64,000 nt of DNA from a virus, in the IMG/VR virus record IMGVR_UViG_3300032087_005129; one strand, given 5' to 3'. This document shows, in pieces, positions 17,385 to 27,299 of this stretch. Position 1 is the stretch's first letter. The number at the start of each line of letters is the position of its first letter. Below the pieces are notes generated by a model. The model had not been told where the DNA came from, searched no databases, and saw only the letters and a list, made by a program, of their open reading frames with translations. Made by a program: the position numbers and the translations under genes.

Positions 17385-18182
17385 TTATTCAATCTCTTCA
17401 AGTCGACCCCTTCGCTGTCCTGTAAGTATGTTCGTTAGCGTGCTTACAACATCAATTCTTGCTTGTGAGCCTGGTTCAAAAGCAATGGGTGAATTGCCTC
17501 TAAAGAAACCAGATAAACTCTTTATTGGTTCTAAGATACCAAACGATAGTCTTCCGTCTTCAACAATTCTCGCAAGCGTTCTAGAGTTTATCAGGCCACT
17601 GAAGATGTTGTTCTGAATAATCTCGAAGGTGTTCTTTGGATCACCGAGAGGTATGTACTGATGAAAAGCAAACGTGATTGACTGCTTAATCATTTCTTTT
17701 GAACTATGATCTAAAGATATCTCACCTATTGTTTCTGGATAAACACCAGTTACAAGCGAATTAAAGATCTCTCGATCCTCGTGATCGTAAATACGAATAA
17801 TGGCAACTGCGGCATACTCATCATAGAACTTTACGTTTTGTGTTTCTTTATTGATGATTGCATTTTGCCAAGATTCAAATATCAATCTTTCAAACATATC
17901 TTCGCCTACACGAAACGTGGCTTCGAATGTGTTTGTGTAGTTTTTAGCATATGGCATCTTTTTGATTGGGCCATAAATCTTTGCTTCTGCTGTTGAGATA
18001 CCTTGACCAGGCATCGAAACATTTTCACAAGTAATGTAAAAACGTAGATTTCTTCCTGAAGTAAAAAGCGGCAACTCACCATCAAATGGTCCACCAATAA
18101 ACTCAAGCGAAAAACGATTCGCCGAACTGTAACTGAAGTTGCCAATGTTTGCGACAACATCGCTGATAAAGAACTTAGGCAT
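17385..18182 (-). CDS. gp54: Baseplate tail-tube initiator gp54
   Basis: NRF, CE.V.MPG, YGP..KMPY, FESWQ..I, FYDEY, YP..IG.I.L tube-fold motifs; start at MPKF (18182). Confidence 0.75.
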   Translation of the reverse strand: MPKFFISDVVANIGNFSYSSANRFSLEFIGGPFDGELPLFTSGRNLRFYITCENVSMPGQGISTAEAKIYGPIKKMPYAKNYTNTFEATFRVGEDMFERLIFESWQNAIINKETQNVKFYDEYAAVAIIRIYDHEDREIFNSLVTGVYPETIGEISLDHSSKEMIKQSITFAFHQYIPLGDPKNTFEIIQNNIFSGLINSRTLARIVEDGRLSFGILEPIKSLSGFFRGNSPIAFEPGSQARIDVVSTLTNILTGQRRGRLEEIE

Positions 18183-18777
18183 TCTTTGTGCTTTCTCTGT
18201 GAACCACAGACTCTTTTTCTTTCTTGAATCTTGCAAGCGGTAACGCTGCTGCGATTTCCCACTCTGTGGCAGGTATCTCAACAATCTGAGATTTTATATG
18301 CCGACTCAAGTATCGCTTTATACATGGCTTAACGCCTCTATATTTAGCAAAGTTCATTATGGTTTTGTATCTTACTCTCGCCAAACTCTTTTCTGTGGGT
18401 GGTGTCTTAGTGAGAAGTTTCATAAACTTTGAAAGAAGATTCATTCGAAGTTTGATTGGCAAGTAATGAAGATTGACACCCAAGAAACCATCTTTGTATA
18501 TCTCTAAAATAATTATCATCGGGAAGGTGTCGTAGTAAGGAAGTTTTTTCTTTGTCTTTGGATCATAGTTAAAGAAATACATCTTACCGCGTATTTGTGC
18601 TGCTGATGCTCTACCTTTTCTGACTTGGGATGCAAGAACTCTTTTTGATATAGGCTTACGCTTTAGGCTTCGTATTTTTTCTACGATCCATTTGCGAGCC
18701 TTCGTCTTGCTTGTAAACCCCTCGGCTTCAAGTTCCTTTTGAATATTTCCAATTACGTTTTCTCTTTTTTCAACCAT
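18175..18777 (-). CDS. gp2: DNA end protector gp2
   Basis: GKMYFF.YDPKTK..LPYYD.FP, GFLGVNLHYLP, KPCIKRYL. Confidence 0.92.
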   Translation of the reverse strand: MVEKRENVIGNIQKELEAEGFTSKTKARKWIVEKIRSLKRKPISKRVLASQVRKGRASAAQIRGKMYFFNYDPKTKKKLPYYDTFPMIIILEIYKDGFLGVNLHYLPIKLRMNLLSKFMKLLTKTPPTEKSLARVRYKTIMNFAKYRGVKPCIKRYLSRHIKSQIVEIPATEWEIAAALPLARFKKEKESVVHRESTKNA

Positions 18778-19204
18778 GTATGTGATCTTCTGTTAGAATT
18801 AGAAACTCCCAGCCTTTTTTGGTACACACCTTTTTTGCTGCTTCCCACTTAGCATTATTTATGCCCCATGTTCTCACTTCAGAAACGTAACGCTTCGTTA
18901 TCTTCTTTTGCTTTGAAGGTGGTTTAGTGTACTTCTTTGGTTTAATCTCAATCAACTTTTCAACTATCTTACCATCTTTGTTTTTTTGTCTTATCCAGAA
19001 ATCTACAAAATAACGGTGATAACGATTGTCAATAGGTGATTTGTAAGGAATTATAACTTCTTCAGAAGACCATTCGAGAATATTTGAGTTGTTATCACAC
19101 AACTTCATAAATTTTCTCTCCCATAAAGAGCGATATACGATATTACTCGGATCACCCTTGTATTTCTTTGGGTTGGTCGGTTTGAATATACCTCTGTAGG
19201 CCAT
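18770..19204 (-). CDS. gp4: Head completion nuclease gp4
   Basis: MAYRG.FKP.NP.KYKGD, YRSLWER, WSSEE..IPY, HRYFVDF, IEIKP, N.AKW.AA. Confidence 0.93.
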   Translation of the reverse strand: MAYRGIFKPTNPKKYKGDPSNIVYRSLWERKFMKLCDNNSNILEWSSEEVIIPYKSPIDNRYHRYFVDFWIRQKNKDGKIVEKLIEIKPKKYTKPPSKQKKITKRYVSEVRTWGINNAKWEAAKKVCTKKGWEFLILTEDHIHG

Positions 19205-19205
19205 G

Positions 19206-19219
19206 TATAAATATGTATA
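19206..19219. promoter_or_regulatory. Back-to-back late promoters: + TATAAATA (19206-19213) and - TATACATA (19219-19212)
   Basis: Located at the divergence point between gp4 and gp48. Confidence 0.6.
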
Positions 19220-19236
19220 CCCGAGGAACAAAAAAA

Positions 19237-20355
19237 ATGAGCGAAGAAAGAGACAGAGCATTACTAGAACAATTTAATGCAGATTCTCCAGTCAATGTAT
19301 TAGAATATCCACTAAGAGGTCTTGGCGCGAAAGACAACGGCTTAGGTCATCACATTATGTTTGATATTCTTGAGATCGACGGGTTGTGCTTTGAGACTAT
19401 TAGCCAATCATTCACCTCTGCCGAGCAATCGTCTGTAACAGAAAACGAAAATAGTCAAGTTCTAGATGGCCTTTCAGTAGAAGATGCACAGCAAACCGCA
19501 AACGAAACGGGTCTCGCTGGTATCGCAAATAGCATTACACAAGGAGGATCACTAAGAAATCTATCCTCGTGGCTCTCTAATTTTGGTCAAAATTTTAGTG
19601 GGCTTGCAGCAGAATCTTCAAGACTTAAGCAAGAAGGTAGAAATCTTAAAGGTAGCATTGCACTATATGTTCCTGAGGCAGTGAATGTCGCCTATGGATT
19701 AGACTGGCAAATGAGTGATGATATGGTCGGTGTCGCTCTCATTGAAGACGTATTCAAACTTATACAATCATCTGGTTCAGGAACAGAAAAGATTGCAAAG
19801 TCGATTGGTGAGCAAATAGCAATTCAAGCAGCACCAAATGTTATTGATTCGGTGGGTAGTCTCGTTGGTGTTAACTTCGGTGGACAAGCAGCAGTTGAGT
19901 CTCTTACACGAAAGGTTCGAAACCCACATATTGCATTCTTGTTCAAAGGTGTCAATCAAAGAACATTCTCTTTTGAGTTTAATTTTACACCACAAAATTT
20001 TGAAGAAGCAAAAGTCACATACAACATTATTAAAATGTTCAAGAAACACTCCATGCCTGAACTTGATGATAGTAAAAGGTTTTTAAGATATCCATCGTTG
20101 TTTGAGATCTCTTACTTTTCATCGGCAGGAGTGGAGAATACTTTTGTTAATAAACTAAAACCATCTGTGATAACAGGTATTAACGTCGATTACTCTGGTG
20201 GAGGAGTATATTCAACCTTTGATGAGCAACCGAGTGGCTTTGTAGACATGGATGGCAAAACGGTTAACGGTGCACCACCAACAAATGTAAAACTAACACT
20301 CACATTCTCAGAAACCAGCCTTCTCACCAGAGGCGATATTGACGAGGGGTATTAA
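19237..20355 (+). CDS. gp48: Baseplate tail-tube cap gp48
   Basis: I.LYVP, NP....LFKG...RTFSF.F.FTP....EA, F..YPS.F.I, L.F.ET..LTR. Confidence 0.88.
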   Translation: MSEERDRALLEQFNADSPVNVLEYPLRGLGAKDNGLGHHIMFDILEIDGLCFETISQSFTSAEQSSVTENENSQVLDGLSVEDAQQTANETGLAGIANSITQGGSLRNLSSWLSNFGQNFSGLAAESSRLKQEGRNLKGSIALYVPEAVNVAYGLDWQMSDDMVGVALIEDVFKLIQSSGSGTEKIAKSIGEQIAIQAAPNVIDSVGSLVGVNFGGQAAVESLTRKVRNPHIAFLFKGVNQRTFSFEFNFTPQNFEEAKVTYNIIKMFKKHSMPELDDSKRFLRYPSLFEISYFSSAGVENTFVNKLKPSVITGINVDYSGGGVYSTFDEQPSGFVDMDGKTVNGAPPTNVKLTLTFSETSLLTRGDIDEGY

Positions 20356-21161
20356 TGTCATACTTTCGTAAAAACTTTCCAAAGACTGCGTATGATATGT
20401 TTGGCGACAAGAAGTATCGTCGTGCTGTTGATATTGTAAAAAGTTTTACTTTATCAGATCAAGTCAAGCAAGAGTCATCAGTCTTTTTTAATTATATCGT
20501 TAAAGATAGTGATCGACCAGATACCATTGCCACAAAAATTTATGGTCGACCAGATCTTCACTGGCTAGTTCTTTTTGCAAATGACATTCAAAACATTTAT
20601 GAAGAATGGCCTAAAGATCAGGTTGAACTAGAAAACTTTGTTTCGAAGAGATATCCTGGTAAGTCTTTATTCATAACACCAGTCAATACAAACATTGCAA
20701 AGAAAACGTATGCCATTGGTAGTCATGTAACTGGACCATACTCTTCTAGTTTGGGTGTTACTGCGCAAGCAACTGTGATTGGTTGGGATATAAATTTTGA
20801 TGAGTTAATTGTTGATTCTATCACAGGCTCTTTTTCTGCGAGTGATACGATTGAAATAATCTCTACAGATAACGCTGTTAGACAAGAGACAGTTAATAAA
20901 GTCGTTGACACTACCGATGCGGTTCATCACTTTGTAGACTCCTCAGGAAACTATCAAGATCCTTATGGCGCAACATCTGTTGCTGGCACGAGTTTAGATT
21001 TGGTTGAGGGTTACAAACAAGGCACGTTGCAATCTTTTTACAATATTCGAACAAACAGAGAATATGAAGAAGAGGAAAATGAAACGAAAAGAGGAATCAA
21101 ACTGGTAAAAAGTTCATTCGTTGAGCCAATTTTGAAAGATTTGGATAGTCTGTTTACATGA
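20355..21161 (+). CDS. gp53: Baseplate wedge subunit gp53
   Basis: MSYF, Y.VKD.DRPD.IA..IYG....HWLVL.AN.I....EWP, VHHF, TN.EYE..ENE.KR.I. Confidence 0.9.
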   Translation: MSYFRKNFPKTAYDMFGDKKYRRAVDIVKSFTLSDQVKQESSVFFNYIVKDSDRPDTIATKIYGRPDLHWLVLFANDIQNIYEEWPKDQVELENFVSKRYPGKSLFITPVNTNIAKKTYAIGSHVTGPYSSSLGVTAQATVIGWDINFDELIVDSITGSFSASDTIEIISTDNAVRQETVNKVVDTTDAVHHFVDSSGNYQDPYGATSVAGTSLDLVEGYKQGTLQSFYNIRTNREYEEEENETKRGIKLVKSSFVEPILKDLDSLFT

Positions 21162-22930
21162 CCACAAAAACAAAAAACGCATTATCAAGACCAGGAGAAA
21201 TCGAAATTGGATCTGTTCGTCTGATTTGCGATAATGGTTTTTCTATTGACATAAAAGAAATAATGGTTGAACTAACGCTCAACGAGGATCTTTATTCTCC
21301 ATTCATATATGGTGAAGTTTCTGTTGTTGATACCTTATCTTTGGTTAAGAACGCTCCTATTATTGGTGGTGAAGAAACACTTCTTATAGAATACAATTTA
21401 CCTTGCACAGAGGTAGTAAAGAATGTCTATCGTGTTTACAAAATAAAAGATAGACAAAGAACAGACCGTGATAGCACAGAGGTTTATACTTTGTGTTTTG
21501 CCTCACCTGAACTAGAAAAGAATAATAGCATCGAGATAACAGGAACTTTTGGTGGCAAATATTCTGAAATTGCAAAACAACTATACTCTGAATATCTTGC
21601 CATACCAGATGTCACACCACCAATAAACATTTCAGAGAGTGCTAATTTTATAAATTTTACTGCAAATAGATGGACGCCAATCGAAACATTCAATTACATG
21701 GCAAACAGAGCCATATCAAATAGCAATCATAATGAAATGGGCTTTTTGTTTTTTAGAAGAATGGACTCTTACAACTTTATCAACATATTCGATCAGTTTG
21801 ATCAAGAGCCAATTGTAATCTATAGAAGAATAAATCGATCACTTGCTTTACCAGAAAACAAGTACGATTTGTTGATTGAACAATTTAATATTGAAGACTA
21901 TACAATTATTAACACGCAAGATTCTATTCAAAATCGCTTAGATGGTGGTTATGATTCCATTACAACATCATACGACATTACATCAAAGCAGGTGCAAGAG
22001 AGTCATCACTCATACACTGATGACTTTTCTCGAACAAGAAGTATTGAGCCACACCCATTGATTTCTGATTTTCGTCAAGATGTTAATACGACAGAGGAGC
22101 CAAGAAGATCGAGACAAATTCGAACCTTAGATCAACGAGCATCTTATTCGTTTGACAACATCGAAGATAATCTATACGGAACAATATCAGAAAAAACAAA
22201 CAATGAACCAGACTATCGTGAAACTGGCTCTTCACCTGAAAAATCTATCAGTCAATTACCAACAAATTCAGTTCCTATGTCTGGTGATATTGATTCTCCA
22301 TTCACCTCACCATCTTCGGAGTTTGGAGGAAACATCAACGATGAAATCAGAGGTCTTGTCGATATCAGTGGACCATCTGTTTCTGTTGAGTCTATGCACG
22401 CTTTCCAGACAGAAGGAGAGGTACGACCAGATCTTGAAAGGTATGCGGAATATTACGGCGGTTTTTACATCGAACGAGAAGAAGTGCCCAGCATTGAAGC
22501 CGTCGGTGGGGTCGCTTTTATCTATAGCATTCAACCTCCTTTGGGACTAGCAAAAGATTTACCAGAAGAAAAAGAAACTTCTGTCGGTGACGATCAACCA
22601 AAGCAGCCAAAAAATAACTTGACTCAGGCACCAAGGTTTGTGTTGCCTTTGATGAGAAGATCGCAACTCAAATCACTTCAAGGTCAAGTTATTGAAATAA
22701 CTGTTCCTGGTGATTCAAGAAGAAGAGTCGGAGAAATTATTGAGGTGGATATACCATCATATGAATCTAGATTCACAGAGGATGGCACAGATCATAGCGT
22801 ATCGGGTAAGTATATGATATCGCACATAAAACATGTAATAAAGAAAGATGATTATAAATTGGTAATGGAACTCTCTAGAAACTCTAGAAAACAAAGACTG
22901 CCAGAAAATAACGAAATTATCGAGGAGTAA
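21158..22930 (+). CDS. Baseplate hub protein (gp27-like position)
   Basis: EDLYSP...G.V...D...PIIG.E, F.FF....YNF, C-terminal VPGDS....G..I...SGKYMI..IKH; lies between gp53 and gp5. Confidence 0.65.
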   Translation: MTTKTKNALSRPGEIEIGSVRLICDNGFSIDIKEIMVELTLNEDLYSPFIYGEVSVVDTLSLVKNAPIIGGEETLLIEYNLPCTEVVKNVYRVYKIKDRQRTDRDSTEVYTLCFASPELEKNNSIEITGTFGGKYSEIAKQLYSEYLAIPDVTPPINISESANFINFTANRWTPIETFNYMANRAISNSNHNEMGFLFFRRMDSYNFINIFDQFDQEPIVIYRRINRSLALPENKYDLLIEQFNIEDYTIINTQDSIQNRLDGGYDSITTSYDITSKQVQESHHSYTDDFSRTRSIEPHPLISDFRQDVNTTEEPRRSRQIRTLDQRASYSFDNIEDNLYGTISEKTNNEPDYRETGSSPEKSISQLPTNSVPMSGDIDSPFTSPSSEFGGNINDEIRGLVDISGPSVSVESMHAFQTEGEVRPDLERYAEYYGGFYIEREEVPSIEAVGGVAFIYSIQPPLGLAKDLPEEKETSVGDDQPKQPKNNLTQAPRFVLPLMRRSQLKSLQGQVIEITVPGDSRRRVGEIIEVDIPSYESRFTEDGTDHSVSGKYMISHIKHVIKKDDYKLVMELSRNSRKQRLPENNEIIEE

Positions 22931-22936
22931 GTTTAG

Positions 22937-23044
22937 ATGAAAAAAAAGTCTATCGCATTAGGCAAAAGAAAAAGACTGAACGAACGTAGACCAAGATCTA
23001 AACTTAAAAGCATATACAATAAAGTGAGAAAACATTTAAAATGA
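22937..23044 (+). CDS. Very basic 35-aa microprotein (absent from the ORF track)
   Basis: GAGGAG SD at 22922-22927; MKKKSIALGKRKRLNERRPRSKLKSIYNKVRKHLK*; stop overlaps the gp5 ATG (ATGA). Confidence 0.55.
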   Translation: MKKKSIALGKRKRLNERRPRSKLKSIYNKVRKHLK

Positions 23045-24042
23045 AAATAGATCCATCAACACAAAACTTTATATGGTTTCAGGGAGTAGTCGAAGACGTT
23101 TCTGATCCTCTTCGTTTAGGTCGCTGTCGTGTTCGTATTATTGGTTATCACGAACCTGATAAGATCATACTACCCACAGATCAACTGCCTTGGTCACACC
23201 CAATACAACCAATCACAAGTGCTGCTGTTAGTGGTGTCGGAACAACACCAACTGGCTTAGTACCTGGCTCACATGTTGTAGGTTTCTTTCGTGACTCAGA
23301 GACACAGCAACACCCTGTCATCTTTGGCAGCATCGGTGGCATACCAACAACAAAAGAACCAGAGAAAGGATTCAATGATCCATCAGGAACGTATCCTCTT
23401 GACACGCATCTTAATGAGCCAGACACAAATAGACTTGCTCGAAATGAAAGTCTTGAAAATTCAATTGTACAACAAAAAATTGATACAGTTGAACAGGGTG
23501 TGCCTACTGCTTTAGGTCAAGAGTGGAATGAACCAGCGACACCTTACTCTGCTGAGTATCCGAAGAATCATGTAAAGCAAACTGAGTCTGGGCATATTCA
23601 AGAGTTTGACGATACACCAGAAGCAGAAAGAATTCACACATATCACAAGTCTGGTACGTTTGACGAAGTTCATCCTGATGGCACAAAAGTTGAAAGAATC
23701 ATTGGCAACAACTACTCAATACAAAAGAAAGACTCAAATGTTTTTGTTCGAGGCGAAGCAAATCTTACTACAGAAGGAAATACAAGGCTTTTGGTAAACA
23801 AAAGCCTTGCTCTTGAAGTAAATGATGGCAACATAGAAATAAAAGTCACAAAGGGTGACATAAATATTAGCGTTGAAAATGGAAACGTAAAGCAAAGAGT
23901 CAATGGCGACGTTAAACAACATATTGCTGGTAATGCCGAAGAAATTGTTGGCGGTAATAAGATTACGCGGGTTAGTGGCAATTACATTATCGATGCAAGC
24001 GGCTCATTAATTCTAAGGGGAAGTCCTATACTTCTAAACTAA
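23041..24042 (+). CDS. gp5: Baseplate central spike gp5 (no lysozyme domain)
   Basis: WFQGVVED..DP..LGRCRVR..G.H OB-fold, YP.NHV..TESGH..EFDDTP..ERI...H.SGT, V.G.. beta-helix repeats. Confidence 0.93.
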   Translation: MKIDPSTQNFIWFQGVVEDVSDPLRLGRCRVRIIGYHEPDKIILPTDQLPWSHPIQPITSAAVSGVGTTPTGLVPGSHVVGFFRDSETQQHPVIFGSIGGIPTTKEPEKGFNDPSGTYPLDTHLNEPDTNRLARNESLENSIVQQKIDTVEQGVPTALGQEWNEPATPYSAEYPKNHVKQTESGHIQEFDDTPEAERIHTYHKSGTFDEVHPDGTKVERIIGNNYSIQKKDSNVFVRGEANLTTEGNTRLLVNKSLALEVNDGNIEIKVTKGDINISVENGNVKQRVNGDVKQHIAGNAEEIVGGNKITRVSGNYIIDASGSLILRGSPILLN

Positions 24043-24043
24043 C

Positions 24044-24307
24044 ATGGCAAGTGCAGTAAGAGATGGTGACAGTGCGGGTGGTTCGATTCGGGGTTCAGCC
24101 TCGAATGTTTTTATTGGTGGTCGACCAGCGGCTCTAGATGGCGACTCTGTTATGCCCCACGGAAAAAAAAGACACAAGGCTGGGCCTAGAATGAGGGCAA
24201 GAACTTCAAATGTTCTTGTGAACAACAAGCCTATTTGTAAAGCGGGCGATACTGCCACTTGTGGACATAAAGCAAAAGCATCACAATCGAATGTGAGAGT
24301 TAACTAA
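24044..24307 (+). CDS. PAAR-repeat spike tip protein (gp5.4-like)
   Basis: NVFIGGRPAA..GD...PH, NV.VN.KP....GD..TCGH. Confidence 0.9.
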   Translation: MASAVRDGDSAGGSIRGSASNVFIGGRPAALDGDSVMPHGKKRHKAGPRMRARTSNVLVNNKPICKAGDTATCGHKAKASQSNVRVN

Positions 24308-25149
24308 TGAGTCAACCATTTCCCGATACTCTTGATGTTTTTGCAGACGGCTTTACGAAAAGTCAAGTTGACATCATAGATGCAGTCTCGCAGGGAAGAG
24401 GCATACAAGATCCTACAGCAACAGCAAGAGTAGACTGTGTATCTTCTTTGAGTAGAGTGAGAAGTCAAATAAATGGTGTTCTGAGTCAATTTACTGTTGG
24501 GTCTGGTATCGGTGAAATTTCAACATCAACAGTTATCTTAAACGACATATCTTACAACGGGCTGTCTGCCATATCACACAACATATCAGCCTTGATTTCA
24601 AACATCGACACCTACAGAGAACACAGCGAAAGAATATCTGGACTAACTGGTGTTCCAGATGGCTCAACACTGCCAGATTTTTCATCTTTGGTGGGATTAG
24701 CAACATCATATAATTTGACTAAAGCATCTATTGATAAGGCAAAAGGTAGACCTGTCGTTGATAATTTTAGTTTAGTATTTAACAGCATAGTTGGTGACGC
24801 ACAGAATCGTTTTGCTTTGGTAAAAAACGAAAGCGATAACGCTTTCAATAACATCAAAGAAAAAGGTCGTTTCTTTTCTAATTCATACAACAGTTTAATT
24901 ATAGACTCTAGCACAAAATTCAAAGGTATTTCTGCTGGTGTTGACAGTTTTGCTGCACAAGACATGAACAACTTTAATACCATCGTTGATTTTCTAAATA
25001 AGGTATCAAAAGGCACCGTCATTGCCGGTCTTGCTGGTCAAGAAAATACACACACAAGATTTCTAGTCGATAACTTTGTTGGTGGTCCAGAGTTAAAAGA
25101 ATTTCTTCGTAAAGCGGATGAAGAAAGCAATCAAAGGGTTCTGTTTTAA
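24307..25149 (+). CDS. Hypothetical (probably virion) protein
   Basis: Translationally coupled (TAATG) to PAAR and to the fibre gene. Confidence 0.6.
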   Translation: MSQPFPDTLDVFADGFTKSQVDIIDAVSQGRGIQDPTATARVDCVSSLSRVRSQINGVLSQFTVGSGIGEISTSTVILNDISYNGLSAISHNISALISNIDTYREHSERISGLTGVPDGSTLPDFSSLVGLATSYNLTKASIDKAKGRPVVDNFSLVFNSIVGDAQNRFALVKNESDNAFNNIKEKGRFFSNSYNSLIIDSSTKFKGISAGVDSFAAQDMNNFNTIVDFLNKVSKGTVIAGLAGQENTHTRFLVDNFVGGPELKEFLRKADEESNQRVLF

Positions 25150-27296
25150 TGAAAGTTCGTGTCACATCATCATCTTCAAGCAACTCTGTTAAAGTTTCTG
25201 GACAAGATACTGTAAATGTTGTAGGTTCAAGAGAGGGCCCTCAAGGTGCTTCTGGTGCAGTAGGCACAACAGGCACAACAGGCACAACAGGAGCAACTGG
25301 TACTACAGGCACTACTGGTACAACTGGGGCAACTGGCACTACAGGTGTTACTGGTACAACTGGGGCAACTGGCACAACAGGTGTTACTGGTACAACTGGA
25401 ACTACAGGTGCAACAGGTAACACAGGGCCGCAAGGCACAACTGGCACAACGGGTACGACTGGAACCACAGGTAACACAGGGCCACAGGGTGTCACAGGTA
25501 CAACTGGTACTACAGGCACAACTGGAACCACAGGTACAACCGGTACTACAGGCAACACAGGTCCACAGGGTGTCACAGGTACAACTGGTACTACAGGCAC
25601 AACTGGAACCACAGGTACTACTGGCACTACAGGCACAACAGGTAACACTGGACCACAAGGTGTTACTGGTACGACAGGTACAACTGGCACTACAGGTAAC
25701 ACTGGACCACAAGGTGTTACTGGCACTACAGGTACCACAGGCACAACTGGTACCACAGGCACAACTGGTACCACAGGCACAACTGGTACGACAGGTACGA
25801 CAGGTGCGACAGGTGCGACAGGTTTCTTAGGATTAAGTGCTGGTCTTAGAATAGATGGTGTTACACTTTCAATCGATGAGACAACACCTAACGTAGCATT
25901 CAATAGCATAGTCACAGGAGAAGGTGCTACATTTGGTGGTCGTGTAATCATTACAGGTAGTGGGTTCACACACGGTGACTCTTTTACATTGCCAGGAACA
26001 GGAAACTTTGAGGTTCACGGAACAGCGGGTCCTCAGTTTATTGTTTCAAGTGATGATTTTACAACACTTCTTGCCAGAGGCGAAGAGTCGGCATCGACCG
26101 TTTTGTTTACACCGACACGAGCCCAAAATGGCAGTATGTTGGTGCTACAAAATGGCAGACTTGTATTTACTAACAACACATCTGCTGGGCAACTTGCAGC
26201 AGATGGATCAAGTTTAGATCCTCTACAGCGTGTTAACAACCCAAGAGGTTTTGATACTGACGGTGTGTTTAAATCAAACAATGCCACGGGTGGTATTCAG
26301 TTTGCTGATGGATCAGGTTTATCATCTGCAAATAACATCACAGGTGGTTTAACTGCGTTTGGTCAAGTAAACTTTCCACAGACTCTTATTGTGACTGGTG
26401 AATCTACGTTCAACGGCAATGTTAATGTAACAGGACCTCTTACTGCTGGTGGTGGTCTTTTTGTTACAGGTGGTGCAAAGATATTCAAAGATATAGAACT
26501 TACTGGTGTATTAGATCTTAAATCGAGCCCAGGAATTATAAAGCAAGGAGGTAATGATCCCGGTATTAAAATTTCTGGTAGTCTTGGAGCAGACATCACT
26601 TTAGGAGACACTGAAGAAGGTGGAAACGCAACACTACTAACCGTTGATGAAACAAACGGCTTCATAAAACTTGCAGCGGGGGCCGTTACGATTTCATCAC
26701 AAATGCAACGAGAAGGTGATAGTGACACAAAAGTGCAATTTAACAATGACAATCTTGTTTTATTCGCTGGTGGCAGAGAGGGTATCGATCTTACCTCAAC
26801 AGAGACACAATTTAACAACGGCATTACAGTCACGGGCGATGCTCAGTTTAATGGTGGTGTTAGCGTCACTGGTAGCGGATTAACACTAGGTGCTTTAACA
26901 GAACTTGTTTTTGGTGATGGTACAACACAAGACACAGCACATCGAGGCGAGAACACAGCAACATTTAGTATTCGTGCTTCAAGTGCGATTTCTACAGGTA
27001 GTAAAACAGATACCTTGTTCAGAGTTCCTTACAACGCCACATTCAAACAATTACAAATTAGATCTGGTGCGACAGGTGGATTTACAGGATCATTTACGAT
27101 TGCTGGATCAGATTTCGGTGCAGTCACAACAAACTCGATTCATGGTGCAACTTTAGGAACATTAGGATTCACCGCGAGTTCTACCTCGTTTGACTTCGCC
27201 TCTGCCACATCAGGAGATTTCTTATTCTTTAATGTAGGTTCAAACGATGCAGGAGCAACAACAGTTCAAGCCTTTGTGACATTTGAAAGGAGATAA
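25149..27296 (+). CDS. Collagen-like tail fibre or whisker protein
   Basis: 65 contiguous G-X-Y triplets followed by Gly/Thr-rich beta-type repeats. Confidence 0.8.
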   Translation: MKVRVTSSSSSNSVKVSGQDTVNVVGSREGPQGASGAVGTTGTTGTTGATGTTGTTGTTGATGTTGVTGTTGATGTTGVTGTTGTTGATGNTGPQGTTGTTGTTGTTGNTGPQGVTGTTGTTGTTGTTGTTGTTGNTGPQGVTGTTGTTGTTGTTGTTGTTGTTGNTGPQGVTGTTGTTGTTGNTGPQGVTGTTGTTGTTGTTGTTGTTGTTGTTGTTGATGATGFLGLSAGLRIDGVTLSIDETTPNVAFNSIVTGEGATFGGRVIITGSGFTHGDSFTLPGTGNFEVHGTAGPQFIVSSDDFTTLLARGEESASTVLFTPTRAQNGSMLVLQNGRLVFTNNTSAGQLAADGSSLDPLQRVNNPRGFDTDGVFKSNNATGGIQFADGSGLSSANNITGGLTAFGQVNFPQTLIVTGESTFNGNVNVTGPLTAGGGLFVTGGAKIFKDIELTGVLDLKSSPGIIKQGGNDPGIKISGSLGADITLGDTEEGGNATLLTVDETNGFIKLAAGAVTISSQMQREGDSDTKVQFNNDNLVLFAGGREGIDLTSTETQFNNGITVTGDAQFNGGVSVTGSGLTLGALTELVFGDGTTQDTAHRGENTATFSIRASSAISTGSKTDTLFRVPYNATFKQLQIRSGATGGFTGSFTIAGSDFGAVTTNSIHGATLGTLGFTASSTSFDFASATSGDFLFFNVGSNDAGATTVQAFVTFERR
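25236..25820 (+). repeat. Collagen-like (G-x-T)n coding repeat
   Basis: 9-nt periodicity; GNT-GPQ unit occurs 5 times; exact DNA duplications at 25482/25563 (81 nt apart) and 25638/25692 (54 nt apart). Confidence 0.92.
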
Positions 27297-27299
27297 TGT

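Noticed and set aside
9734-19261. ORF-track starts at 9734, 12097, 18284, 19213 and 19261
   Set aside because: Over-extended; SD sites and family N-termini support 9887, 12229, 18182, 19237 and 19204
22190-22640. Intein in the hub protein (nrdJ, primase and terminase also checked)
   Set aside because: No C/S...HN splice-junction or LAGLIDADG motifs; the enzymes have ordinary lengths and uninterrupted frames
25236-25820. Tandem repeats as a possible CRISPR array or DGR template/variable repeat
   Set aside because: In-frame codon repeats with no unique spacers; no cas or reverse transcriptase genes; differences are synonymous rather than adenine-specific
25227-25969. Long antisense and alternate-frame ORFs (PVV, CTS and QLVLQ repeats) over the collagen tract
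   Set aside because: Shadows of the stop-free 9-nt repeat; no SD or independent coding signal
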